The notes below the pieces were generated by a model. The model did no database searches. It saw nothing but the letters and a program-made list of their open reading frames with translations, and was not told the origin of the DNA. Below, piece after piece: positions 47,031 to 57,035 of a stretch of 64,000 nucleotides of DNA. This stretch comes from a virus. The stretch spans positions 32,001-96,000 of IMG/VR virus record IMGVR_UViG_3300025137_000014. One strand, given 5' to 3'. Every line of letters starts with the position of its first letter. The stretch's first letter is position 1. The translations under genes were made by a program, and so were the position numbers.

Positions 47031-49229
47031 ATGGCGGCATATGCAATACAGTTCCGTCGTGGGACAACGACACAACACTCATCATTTACTGGCCTAGTAG
47101 GTGAAGTTACTGTCGATACTGACAAGAAAACTCTTGTAGTCCACGATGGCGCAACAACCGGCGGTTATCCACTTATGAGAGAAGGCGGTACTTCGTCTTC
47201 AACAACAGGAGCGTTCTCAAGTAACGTAACTATTGGTGGAACCATAGCGGTAACAAATACAGCTACATTCTCGGCAGGCGTAAATGTAACAGGTGATTCA
47301 GAATACACCGGTCACATAATTCCTGGTACGGATGACACATTTGACTTAGGCTCAACAACAAAAAGATGGCGTGACTTATACTTAGGCCCTGGCTCACTTT
47401 ATGTTAACAACAAGAAAATTCTTGAAGATGACAGTGGTACCATTACTATCAAAACTGATACTGATGAAAACCTAAAATTAGTGACTACAGGTACTGGTAC
47501 GATGCAAATCGAATCAAGCAACGGAATTCAGTTCACAGGCGAACTTAAAACTTCATCTGGTGATATTCAGGTCGGTGACCACATTGACATGAACTCAAAT
47601 ATCATCAAAGAAGTTGGCGCTCCAACAACTGGCTCTGATGCGGCCAACAAAACATACGTAGACAGTGCAGTTAGTACAGGTATCGGTTCAGGCGCCAATG
47701 CTGTTTCAGGTACAACTGGTGCGTTTACAAGTGATGTAACTATTGGTGGTGACTTAACTATTAATGGTACAACTACTACAATTAACACATCACAAATTAA
47801 CTTAGCAGACAACATTCTATTACTAAACTCAGATGCAACTGGCTCAGCCACAGCATCAGGTGGTATTGAAGTAGAACGTGGTGATGACTTAAACGTTCAG
47901 TTCTTATGGGACGAAACTAATGACCGTTGGTCAATTGGTGCAGAAGACCTATATTCATCAGGTGACTTTATCGGTAATTTAACTGGTAATGTAACTGGTA
48001 ATGTAACTGGTAACGTAACAGGTACAACAAGTGATATTTCAAATCATGACACAGATGACCTAGCAGAAGGTACAAACAAGTTATACTTCACAGATGCAAG
48101 AGCAAGGTCGGCTATATCAGTTTCAGGTGACTTAACATATAATTCAACAACTGGTGTAATTTCGACTCAAGGCTTAGCTTCAAGTGATACTGATGACCTA
48201 GCTGAAGGTTCAACAAATCTTTACTACACAAATGCACGTTTTGATACAAGACTAGCGGCAAAAGATACAGATGATGTATCAGAAGGCTCAACTAACTTGT
48301 ACTATACAGATGCACGTTGGGACTCAAGAATATCAACTAAGAATACAGATGATTTAGCTGAAGGTTCAAACAATGTGTATTATACAGATTCAAGAGCAGA
48401 TGCAAGAGTGGCATTGGCAACAGGCGCAAACTTAAATCTAACTAATCAAGACACTGATGACCTTTCAGAAGGTTCAACAAATCTTTATTATACAGATGCA
48501 AGAGCGAACTCAGCCTTTGATACAAGATTGGCACTTAAAGATACAGATGATGTATCAGAAGGTACTACTAACTTGTTTTACACTGATGCACGTGTAGGTT
48601 CTTATCTAAACACTAACTCATACGCAACTGAGGCATTCGTAACAAGTGCAGTTCAAGGCGTTGATAACTCAGACGAAATTACTGAGGGTTCAAGCAACTT
48701 GTTCTTTACTAACGAAAGAGCCCAAGATGCGGTTATGTCAAATGTTTCTGCAGGAACAGGTATCTCTGTATCATATGATGATGCGGCAGGTTCTTTAACT
48801 GTAACAAACACACAGACAGAACTTAATGATTATCTTGATAGTGCTTCATTCTCAGGCGGTACTCTAACTCTAGGAGTTAGTACTCAATCAGATGTAACAG
48901 TATCTTTAGATGGTCGTTATGTACAGTTAGGTAACACTTCTAAAAAACACACACATGCTTATGAGACAACTGCACAAGACGAAACAGATAACACTGGTTC
49001 TACTCATGCAATCACATGGGCAACATTAACTTCTGGTAAAATTTCTCTAGGCTCAGATGCCGTAGATTTTGCATCAGAAATAAATGACTCACCATATGCT
49101 GTTGTTTATATCAACAGAATGGTAGCACGACCAAATGAAGTAACGATTACTTCAACAGGTATTACTTTTGCGGCAGATGTTATTGCAGAAGACGATGAAG
49201 TTGAAATAGTCTACATGGACGAGCAATAA
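47031..49229 (+). CDS. Fibre protein with Mtd_N-like N-terminus and seven TDDLAEG...YTDAR repeats
   Basis: AIQFRRGTT...GEVTVDTDKKTLVVHDG; GATAAATA at 46951. Confidence 0.7.
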   Translation: MAAYAIQFRRGTTTQHSSFTGLVGEVTVDTDKKTLVVHDGATTGGYPLMREGGTSSSTTGAFSSNVTIGGTIAVTNTATFSAGVNVTGDSEYTGHIIPGTDDTFDLGSTTKRWRDLYLGPGSLYVNNKKILEDDSGTITIKTDTDENLKLVTTGTGTMQIESSNGIQFTGELKTSSGDIQVGDHIDMNSNIIKEVGAPTTGSDAANKTYVDSAVSTGIGSGANAVSGTTGAFTSDVTIGGDLTINGTTTTINTSQINLADNILLLNSDATGSATASGGIEVERGDDLNVQFLWDETNDRWSIGAEDLYSSGDFIGNLTGNVTGNVTGNVTGTTSDISNHDTDDLAEGTNKLYFTDARARSAISVSGDLTYNSTTGVISTQGLASSDTDDLAEGSTNLYYTNARFDTRLAAKDTDDVSEGSTNLYYTDARWDSRISTKNTDDLAEGSNNVYYTDSRADARVALATGANLNLTNQDTDDLSEGSTNLYYTDARANSAFDTRLALKDTDDVSEGTTNLFYTDARVGSYLNTNSYATEAFVTSAVQGVDNSDEITEGSSNLFFTNERAQDAVMSNVSAGTGISVSYDDAAGSLTVTNTQTELNDYLDSASFSGGTLTLGVSTQSDVTVSLDGRYVQLGNTSKKHTHAYETTAQDETDNTGSTHAITWATLTSGKISLGSDAVDFASEINDSPYAVVYINRMVARPNEVTITSTGITFAADVIAEDDEVEIVYMDEQ
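47982..48023 (+). repeat. 12-bp tandem repeat encoding (TGNV)n
   Basis: ACTGGTAATGTA x3.5. Confidence 0.85.
48048..48730 (+). repeat. Seven intragenic fibre repeats
   Basis: Variants of DTDDLAEGSTNLYYTDAR. Confidence 0.8.
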
Positions 49230-49318
49230 AAATTAAACTTAACAAAGTAGGGGAGTAATCCCCTACAGTTCAATATTGAACATGAGGTCAGCTAAAGACC
49301 TTTCGATTTAAGGAGATA

Positions 49319-50509
49319 ATGATGGGAAGAAAATTTAGACACAATGGTTCTACGAATACAAAAATTGGTCGTGGAACTTCATTCAAGTACGACAGTGATG
49401 GTAATCTATCACAGATTACAGGCACAGTAGATACAACTACTGATGATATTATTTTTACTGGTACAAAATCAAACCTAAGACGTATAGCAGATTTAGAGCG
49501 TAACGTATCTATTCTTGCATCACAAGATAGAGGTGACGGTGGTTCATCTACTGGTAAACTATTCGGTGGTAAAGTCAAATTCAAAAATCAAATTGAAGTT
49601 GATGGAACTTTAAAAGCGGATGGTGATGTTGACGTTGCAGGTACACTAGATGTACAAGCAGGTCTAACTCTTGGTTCAACTGCACAAGAAGTTGTACAAG
49701 ACTTAATCGGTGGTATGGCTAACACAGGCCTATCATACGATGATGCAAACAATCAAATTAATGTTGATACGTCAACAATAGCGACAAAATCTTATGCAGA
49801 TACGGCGGCAACAGATGCCGCGAATGCAGTAGTGGCGGCGGCACCTGGTTCATTAGATACACTAAACGAACTAGCGGCGGCTCTTGGTGATGATGCCAAC
49901 TTTGCTACAACTACAGCTACAAACATTGCTACAAAGGCGGCCCACGCAAGAACTATTACTGCGGGCAACGGTCTTTCAGGCGGTGGTGACTTAAGTGCAG
50001 ATAGAACAATCGCAATGGACGGTTCATATACTGGTGACTTTACAGTATCAGGTGATATCACTGCTAACGGTGGTGACATGACAGCAACACGTTTCAACGG
50101 TGAAGCAACAACGGCAAAATATGCCGACCTTGCAGAACGTTATGAAGCAGATGCAGAATACGATGAAGGCACAGTAATGATGTTTGGTGGAGAAAAAGAA
50201 GTAACAGCGGCAGAAGGTCACGGTTGTGACAGACTAGCAGGTGTTGTTTCAATGAAACCAGCTTATCTAATGAACGGCGAAGCAGGTGATGATGCGTCAC
50301 ACCCAGCTATCGCACTTCAAGGTCGTGTTCCAGTTAAAACTATGGGTGCAGTCAAAAAAGGCGACATCATGGTAGCGGCTGATAACAAAGGTCATGCTAT
50401 AGCATGGAAAGAAGACCACGATCCTAAAATGACGGCATATATCGGTATCGCAATCAAAGATAAAATCGAAGAAGGCGAAGGTATGGTCGAAGTTAAAGTA
50501 GGTAAGTAA
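49319..50509 (+). CDS. Fibre protein with C-terminal peptidase G2-like chaperone
   Basis: LDTLNELAAALGDDANFATT; AKYADLAERYEAD...IALQGRVPV. Confidence 0.65.
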   Translation: MMGRKFRHNGSTNTKIGRGTSFKYDSDGNLSQITGTVDTTTDDIIFTGTKSNLRRIADLERNVSILASQDRGDGGSSTGKLFGGKVKFKNQIEVDGTLKADGDVDVAGTLDVQAGLTLGSTAQEVVQDLIGGMANTGLSYDDANNQINVDTSTIATKSYADTAATDAANAVVAAAPGSLDTLNELAAALGDDANFATTTATNIATKAAHARTITAGNGLSGGGDLSADRTIAMDGSYTGDFTVSGDITANGGDMTATRFNGEATTAKYADLAERYEADAEYDEGTVMMFGGEKEVTAAEGHGCDRLAGVVSMKPAYLMNGEAGDDASHPAIALQGRVPVKTMGAVKKGDIMVAADNKGHAIAWKEDHDPKMTAYIGIAIKDKIEEGEGMVEVKVGK

Positions 50510-50533
50510 GTAACTTAATAATTTACAATATAG

Positions 50534-50567
50534 AGAAGGTCGGCATTATAGTCGGCCTTCTTTTTTT
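50534..50567 (+). terminator. Rho-independent terminator
   Basis: AGAAGGTCGGC-ATTATA-GTCGGCCTTCT-TTTTTT. Confidence 0.85.
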
Positions 50568-50582
50568 AAGGAGGAGAAAGTT

Positions 50583-50687
50583 ATGAAAAAACTAATGAAA
50601 AATAAGAAAGTATGGATTGCAGTAGCAGTTGTTATAATTGTTGCATGGTACATGTTCGGTGGTCAAGCACCAGTCGAAGCAGTGTAA
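50583..50687 (+). CDS. 34-aa single-pass membrane peptide, missed by ORF track
   Basis: MKKLMKNKKVWIAVAVVIIVAWYMFGGQAPVEAV; strong SD AAGGAGGAG. Confidence 0.65.
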   Translation: MKKLMKNKKVWIAVAVVIIVAWYMFGGQAPVEAV

Positions 50688-50710
50688 CACAATTCAATAA
50701 TAAGATATTG

Positions 50711-50736
50711 AAGGGCGCTACGGCGCCCTTTTTATT
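50711..50736 (+). terminator. Terminator between convergent genes
   Basis: AAGGGCGC-TACG-GCGCCCTT-TTTATT (cUACGg tetraloop). Confidence 0.85.
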
Positions 50737-51436
50737 AGTCTTCTCCGCAGAAGAAATTCTTAAGTGTTTGGTATAATCCCCCACCTTGAGTATTAGTGTT
50801 TTCTTCAACCCAATCAGGAAACTTTTTAAATAGTCTTTTCCATTGTAGCATTTCATTATGTAAATCTATAATTTGTTTATAGTATTCACTTTTATTTGCA
50901 AATCCAAGTTCTTCTCTTATTTGCAAAATTCTTTCTCTACATTCTTTTAAGTCTAGTATATCTCTATCAACTGCAACAATAATATCATCAAATGCTTTTT
51001 CGTCAGAAAACTTATCTATCAAAAACTTATGATGTTTATTTTTCGGTTTACCATTATAAAGAAACATAATCTCTTGTAAGTCATAATATATTGCTTTTAC
51101 AGGATTTATAGTTTCTCTATATCGTTCGGTTACCTCTTTAATCTCAAATCTTATATCATCTGTAGATAATTTTTCTAATGTTGCTAATGCAATTATATTA
51201 ATCTTTTGTCTACTGCCTGTGATTTTCTTTTGTGATGATAATCTTATCTTTTTGATTACAGTATCTATTACTATTGTAGTATCTTTATCGATATCTTTCT
51301 TGATGTATTCTATATATTCTGGAGTGGCACTGTTGACGATGGCTCGTAATTCAGCCTCGGCATTCCCGGTCTTTAGGTACTCAATACAGTCCCTAATGAA
51401 TTTTTGTTTTTTGAAATCTATTATTCCAGTTTCCAC
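50735..51436 (-). CDS. Hypothetical helical protein
   Basis: 233 aa, GTG start after GGGAG. Confidence 0.65.
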   Translation of the reverse strand: METGIIDFKKQKFIRDCIEYLKTGNAEAELRAIVNSATPEYIEYIKKDIDKDTTIVIDTVIKKIRLSSQKKITGSRQKINIIALATLEKLSTDDIRFEIKEVTERYRETINPVKAIYYDLQEIMFLYNGKPKNKHHKFLIDKFSDEKAFDDIIVAVDRDILDLKECRERILQIREELGFANKSEYYKQIIDLHNEMLQWKRLFKKFPDWVEENTNTQGGGLYQTLKNFFCGED

Positions 51437-51475
51437 TCTGTTCTCCCTTACAGTATTTAATAGAATCCTAAAAAG

Positions 51476-51901
51476 TTATAGTGACGATATAATTTCTCTT
51501 ATAACCTTTAATTTATTCTTTTTAAATAATGTTCTGCGAGTACCAGGGTGAAGTGGTTTTGGTAAGTAGTCATGCTCTATCCAAGCATAGCCTCCACTTT
51601 CATGATTTAGTTTAGGCATAAATTCTTTTTTTACTACTATTACAAAAGAATAATAACTAAAATCTTTATTTCGGGAATGGTATTGGTCAAGTGGATAAAT
51701 CTTATTCACATCTTTTTTAATATTGATGTTTAATTCTTCACATACTTCTCTAAGTAATGCTTGAGAAATATTCTCATTGTCTTCAACTTTTCCGCCCCAA
51801 AATCCCCAATTTCTTGGATGAGATCCGTACTTGTCCCTTTGTTGAAGAATAATTCTTTTTGTATCTTTAGCAACTATACATGCACCTGCGGCTTTTAACA
51901 T
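51476..51901 (-). CDS. NUDIX hydrolase
   Basis: GGKVEDNE-NISQALL-REVCEELNI Nudix box. Confidence 0.9.
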   Translation of the reverse strand: MLKAAGACIVAKDTKRIILQQRDKYGSHPRNWGFWGGKVEDNENISQALLREVCEELNINIKKDVNKIYPLDQYHSRNKDFSYYSFVIVVKKEFMPKLNHESGGYAWIEHDYLPKPLHPGTRRTLFKKNKLKVIREIISSL

Positions 51902-51912
51902 TTAACGATTTC

Positions 51913-53289
51913 CTACTGTAATAATTCTAATCGCCAGTATCCTGCATCATAGATTCCTTGGAATGTATCATTCCATTCACCGTCTTCAAATTTAAATTGC
52001 TGACCAGTAAAAGTATTAGAAACATATGCTCTTAAATTATAGCTATCTGCATCAAATGATTTAACCCATCCACTGCCATTATATTCAATAATATCATTTT
52101 TAGATGCATCTATTCCCCATGGTCCACTACCAGAAACATCAGTTAATGATAGATATCTTTGTCCAATTGCTGGACTTGGTATATTGTTGAAACCTGGTTT
52201 TGCGGTTGTGGCATCTATTACTCTATCTACTGCCGTAATAGTATTTGTAGGTAATGTATCTTTATCTACTGCAAATTCTAATAATTCAGGATTACCAGTT
52301 GAACTCATTGAACCTATGACATCAGCATCAAGGTTATCCATTTCACCATGATATTTTAGTCTAAGTCTTGAAATTCCATCATCAAGGGATCCGTAATTAG
52401 TTAATACTGTTTCCCATGTAACACTATCTTCATAATTTCCATTTTTTAATGGTTGACAAAAGTACTTGCCGTTTGATTCGGTTACTTTTAATGCATAGTT
52501 CTCTGGTGTTACAACTACTGTTGCAGTTTGTTTTAAATCACTAAAGAATTCAAATGCATCGGGATCATAATCTAATGTATCTAAATCTGTATATGTGTAT
52601 AAGTTGTGAATAATATTTCTTATTACATTTTGTCTTGTTACTTGTGCTGGAGGATTAATCCAAATAGGAATTTGAAAGGACAATGTAGCAATGTCAATTT
52701 GGTCTTCAATTCCTGCAGGTATTCCTCTACTACTCCACTGAATATCAGATAATTCAACAGTAGTAATAGTTGTCCAATCTACTGGATTATCATTGTGTTG
52801 AATTTCTAATGCTGGATTAAATAAAACTAAAATCTGTTCCATAAGTTGCAACTTTTGGTCTGTGTTACTAGTCCAAACATCTACTTGCATGTTAAGAAGA
52901 TAAGGAACAGGCATAAGTCGTTTAACATTAAATCTATTTCCTTCTTCATTTACATACTTACTTGTCACCTCATCAAATTTTCTTTCGGTAACTGCAACTG
53001 CATCGTTAAAAAATGGCTCTTGTACTCTTGCTCTATCAGGCTGTAGACTTTGTATCCAACAACCAATAAATGGTGCAGAGTTTACAATGTTTTCAGAATT
53101 ACCTTTCATGATAGCCGCGGCCATACGTGATATATCGCCGTAACGTGCTGGTACACGAATATAATAATCAGTTGTACCGTCTTTCATTTTCTTACCTGTT
53201 TTTACACTGAACCCACTGAATATTCTAATAAACTGTAGAATATATCTTCTTATTTGTTCATCGTAAAAGTGATGTTGCTTTATTGCCAT
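51913..53289 (-). CDS. gp15: Tail terminator / sheath stabiliser, gp15-like
   Basis: HFYDEQIRRYILQF, PVPYLLNMQVDVWTSNTDQKLQLMEQILVLFNP. Confidence 0.8.
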   Translation of the reverse strand: MAIKQHHFYDEQIRRYILQFIRIFSGFSVKTGKKMKDGTTDYYIRVPARYGDISRMAAAIMKGNSENIVNSAPFIGCWIQSLQPDRARVQEPFFNDAVAVTERKFDEVTSKYVNEEGNRFNVKRLMPVPYLLNMQVDVWTSNTDQKLQLMEQILVLFNPALEIQHNDNPVDWTTITTVELSDIQWSSRGIPAGIEDQIDIATLSFQIPIWINPPAQVTRQNVIRNIIHNLYTYTDLDTLDYDPDAFEFFSDLKQTATVVVTPENYALKVTESNGKYFCQPLKNGNYEDSVTWETVLTNYGSLDDGISRLRLKYHGEMDNLDADVIGSMSSTGNPELLEFAVDKDTLPTNTITAVDRVIDATTAKPGFNNIPSPAIGQRYLSLTDVSGSGPWGIDASKNDIIEYNGSGWVKSFDADSYNLRAYVSNTFTGQQFKFEDGEWNDTFQGIYDAGYWRLELLQ

Positions 53290-53290
53290 T

Positions 53291-54286
53291 TTAATCTACC
53301 TTTGGTTTAACTGCTTTGGATAAGTTAACCTTTCCTGCAACAGTAGTACCGTCTTCAAGTTTAACAACACCGTCATTGTTGATAAATTTATGATGTAAAT
53401 GATTACCAACTTCCCAACCACCATCACTATCTTCAATTTTATACCACTTAATTCCTTGATATTGAAATAATCTGTTAGGATTATAATCAGTTCTTAAGAA
53501 GTAAGAATTGTCTGCTGGATTGCTAGGAAATCTTGTACCACTTGCAACGGTTGCCATATCTACATCTTTAGGATGTTCTCCTTCAGGTACATATTGCAAG
53601 TTGTTAGTTCTATAATCCCAGTATTTTCCGGGAACATTTTCTTGTGCTTCTTCAATGATAGCATCATTGATTTGAAGTTCTTTATTATAAGTAGACAATA
53701 TATTTTTTAAATCGTCTGCTTCTTCGCCTGTTCCAAGAATATCTGAGTACTCTTGTGTATCTTGTAATTGCTTACAACGAACACGCCAGATATGTGGCCA
53801 CCAACCTGGGTCAAAGCCTTCTGCGGCCTTTGATGCATCTTGCACTACCCAATATTGATTGACTGCTGGTGCGTCCTCGTCAAGTAACAAATCTTCTCTC
53901 ATATGTGGAAGTTCAATAACATCTCCTGTCATTAATTTTCTTCCCATTTTTTCTACCATGTCGTTTATGGCCATTGTGAATACAATTTGGTCATTGCCTA
54001 AAAACATTCCAAACTGAGATAAGTCCATATCTTGGTCTGAAACTGTATAAACACCACGTAAGTCATAGATGCTATCATCATACTTTCTATCACGATTCTC
54101 CATAAACAACAAATCTTGTATTGCTGGTTTGGTAGGATCATAGCTAGGATCAGTTGTATCTTGTGAACCTAAATATTTGTGAACAAGTAGCGAAGTGCCT
54201 CCATGTTCGAAGTGCGCCTTCACCATCTTATCGATGAATTTATAATCATTTCCCTTACGAGGGTTCCATAAACTTAATCTTGGCAT
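53291..54286 (-). CDS. gp14: Neck (head-closure) protein, gp14-like
   Basis: IQDLLFMENRDRKYD, DLSQFGMFL, GDVIELPH; adjacent to gp15; GATAAATA at 54312-54319. Confidence 0.75.
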   Translation of the reverse strand: MPRLSLWNPRKGNDYKFIDKMVKAHFEHGGTSLLVHKYLGSQDTTDPSYDPTKPAIQDLLFMENRDRKYDDSIYDLRGVYTVSDQDMDLSQFGMFLGNDQIVFTMAINDMVEKMGRKLMTGDVIELPHMREDLLLDEDAPAVNQYWVVQDASKAAEGFDPGWWPHIWRVRCKQLQDTQEYSDILGTGEEADDLKNILSTYNKELQINDAIIEEAQENVPGKYWDYRTNNLQYVPEGEHPKDVDMATVASGTRFPSNPADNSYFLRTDYNPNRLFQYQGIKWYKIEDSDGGWEVGNHLHHKFINNDGVVKLEDGTTVAGKVNLSKAVKPKVD

Positions 54287-54351
54287 ATTTTTTTTCCTTG
54301 ACTTCTAACTGTATTTATCATATAATGAAAGTATCTTGAAGGAGTAAGTAC

Positions 54352-55038
54352 ATGGATAGTACAGGATATCTTATTACACGTGACTATTTACCTAGAATAG
54401 CAATAGAACAGTTTAGATTGTGGGCGATGAACCCTAATAATGCTCATAGAGGCAACGGGTCAGACGGAATTTATTACGACAAACATGACGGAACACGAAC
54501 ATATGATGTTTGGTGGACAACTTCACCACCTAGAGAAATGTGGTTACCAGTAGTTATACCACTAAAAAAGCATATTAATACATTATTTGAATCTGACCAA
54601 TGGGATATTCATGCAGTTGATTGTATTACTACTGCACCTAATACAAGTAAAGTCTATGCACATATTGATACCCCTTATCGATTCGAAAAATATGCTAAAG
54701 TAGATGCTACATTGGGTGTACAGATAATTATACCTCTTAATGATTTCACTTTAGAGAATGGTGGCACTGCATATCTTCCAGGTTCACACTTAGAAAAATT
54801 ATATTATAAAGATATTGAAGATAATCAAGAGCATTATAATGATAGAATAGTTAATGAAGGTCATCAATTTTTAGCAAAAGCAGGTGACGTATTAATGTAT
54901 GATGGACGAACATTGCATAGCACAATGCCTAATAATTCTAACTTATATAGAAGTGCCTTGCTTATAAATGCATTACGCAATGATGTACTCAGTGATGCTA
55001 TTTTGTTAGATAATAACACAGATAACCTTAAAACTTGA
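54352..55038 (+). CDS. Phytanoyl-CoA dioxygenase-like 2OG-Fe(II) oxygenase
   Basis: HID, DFTLENGGTAYLPGSH, GDVLMYDGRTLH, RSAL. Confidence 0.85.
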   Translation: MDSTGYLITRDYLPRIAIEQFRLWAMNPNNAHRGNGSDGIYYDKHDGTRTYDVWWTTSPPREMWLPVVIPLKKHINTLFESDQWDIHAVDCITTAPNTSKVYAHIDTPYRFEKYAKVDATLGVQIIIPLNDFTLENGGTAYLPGSHLEKLYYKDIEDNQEHYNDRIVNEGHQFLAKAGDVLMYDGRTLHSTMPNNSNLYRSALLINALRNDVLSDAILLDNNTDNLKT

Positions 55039-55109
55039 CAAAAAAGCCTATTTGTAGTTAAATAGAAACTATAATAAATTGATTCGAATTTTCCAGGAGC
55101 GAGAAATAA

Positions 55110-56384
55110 ATGGCATTGGCGAAAAAAAGAAAAGTAGTTAAGAGATCCCCATCCAGACGTGGAGCAAAACTGGCTTCTCCAAAGTGGGATGATTGGGAAA
55201 CTTTATCCGGAGCAGAATATCATCGTAAGAAAGAAGCCGCACGTGCTTTCTATTATGAAAACTATCAAGCAAAAGATATGTATGCATTTGTATTCTCTTG
55301 GATGGCCAAGAATGGTTATACAAATGAAGATATCAAATTAGCTAAACTTCCATCTGAACATATGATAAGCATTACATGTGCAATATGTTGCAGATTGTTA
55401 TTAGATGGTATGCCAGATTTCAATCAAAAAGAAGATGATTATTGGCAAACGCTTCCAGGTACTGGTGGTCATATAACGCCTCTTACTGACTTTATCAAGA
55501 AACGTATATCAGAAACAATAGCATCTGGTAAAAAAATTAATGTAGAGAAAATAGAAATACAGGAAGAGGAAGCTAAGAAGAACTTTCATCGTCCTTCTAT
55601 TCAAGAACTTCTACGTTTAAAAGCAATATCTATGACAGATGAATTAGAAGAATTTATTGATACATTTGATATGAATATAAACTCATTAAAAACATTTAAA
55701 CCTATCAACATATTACGTAAGCAAGAAGCAAAGGCAAATCATGCAAAAGTTATCAAAGAATATTACGTTGCAAACTATAATGAATACGATGAACTAATTA
55801 ATCCTCCTTCAACAAAAGGTATGGACGAAAAAGAGTTAGATTATCATAATCAGTTGATAGAAGGGTACAATCATTTAGATAAGTCTGAAATTAAAGCAAT
55901 GTATGAATTGTACAAGGGTATTGTACAGGCTTGTGATATACTGATTGCTAATGCAAAATTTGACCGAAAGCCTCGTAAACGTAAGCCTATTAGTGCAGAA
56001 AAATTAGTAGCTAAAATGAAGTTCTGTAAAGAACATGTAGATACTGGATTAGTTAGTATTAATCCTATCGAAATAATTGGTAGCAACATATTACTTATAT
56101 ACAACACAAAGTCCCGTAAAGTTGGGGTATATCATACAAGTAATGTAGATCCAATGAACCAAAAACGTGATGGAAGCGGGTTAACAGTCAAAGGTACTAC
56201 ACTGCTACGTTTTAATGAAGAAACAAGCATACAGAAGACGCTACGTAAGCCTCAAGAGCAATTAAAGATATTCAAAGACATTAACAAAAGGTCTCTCAAT
56301 AAACAGTTAGAAGCAGTAAAGAGTGTTCCAACTAAAATGAATGGTAGAATTAACGAACATACACTGCTACTTAAGGTATTTTGA
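55110..56384 (+). CDS. Hypothetical protein
   Basis: 424 aa; TTGACA at 55035 upstream. Confidence 0.75.
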   Translation: MALAKKRKVVKRSPSRRGAKLASPKWDDWETLSGAEYHRKKEAARAFYYENYQAKDMYAFVFSWMAKNGYTNEDIKLAKLPSEHMISITCAICCRLLLDGMPDFNQKEDDYWQTLPGTGGHITPLTDFIKKRISETIASGKKINVEKIEIQEEEAKKNFHRPSIQELLRLKAISMTDELEEFIDTFDMNINSLKTFKPINILRKQEAKANHAKVIKEYYVANYNEYDELINPPSTKGMDEKELDYHNQLIEGYNHLDKSEIKAMYELYKGIVQACDILIANAKFDRKPRKRKPISAEKLVAKMKFCKEHVDTGLVSINPIEIIGSNILLIYNTKSRKVGVYHTSNVDPMNQKRDGSGLTVKGTTLLRFNEETSIQKTLRKPQEQLKIFKDINKRSLNKQLEAVKSVPTKMNGRINEHTLLLKVF

Positions 56385-56451
56385 TAAATAGTATGTAGAT
56401 ACTGACGAGTATACTAAATTAATTATTAATTTATATCCCGGGAGAGATAGA

Positions 56452-56940
56452 ATGGCAAACAAAAAAAGACACTATTTTGCGGAAGTTAACATTCCTGATT
56501 CCGTAATTACGGCACAGGGTGGCGCAGAAGTTCCTGGCACTAAGATGATTCAAAATCTTTTAGATGCTTACATAACTGAATCTAATAGTAAATATGCAAA
56601 ATCTTTAAAAGATTTTATATACGAAACAGCAAAACCATATGGTTGGCATTCATCAGATGCTAATAAATGTGCATACGGTATTACGTTTATCAATAGCAGA
56701 CATTGGGCCAACTATTCGGCTTATACTGCACCATTCAGACAGTGGTTAAATGATACACATGGTGTAACATATACATACGAAGTAAAAACAGACGTACCAT
56801 ATGAAATTGCGGATGCAGGCGTTTCAGGCGCAGGCGAACCAGTAAAAGATGATGATGGGTTTAATCACACATATGCAACTGCTACGGAACAAGAAATATT
56901 ATCAAATATTCCTACAGACCGTGGTTATGCTATAGCATAA
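56452..56940 (+). CDS. Monocistronic late hypothetical protein
   Basis: GATAAATA at 56383 and terminator at 56957. Confidence 0.7.
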   Translation: MANKKRHYFAEVNIPDSVITAQGGAEVPGTKMIQNLLDAYITESNSKYAKSLKDFIYETAKPYGWHSSDANKCAYGITFINSRHWANYSAYTAPFRQWLNDTHGVTYTYEVKTDVPYEIADAGVSGAGEPVKDDDGFNHTYATATEQEILSNIPTDRGYAIA

Positions 56941-56956
56941 TACCTAAAATTTTAAC

Positions 56957-56988
56957 AAAAAGAGCCCATTCTTGAGTGGGCTTTTTTT
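56957..56988 (+). terminator. Rho-independent terminator
   Basis: AAGAGCCCATT-CTTG-AGTGGGCTTTTTTT. Confidence 0.8.
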
Positions 56989-57035
56989 ATATCTCCAGTA
57001 AATGATAAATACTGTATATAGTTGGAGTATTATCA

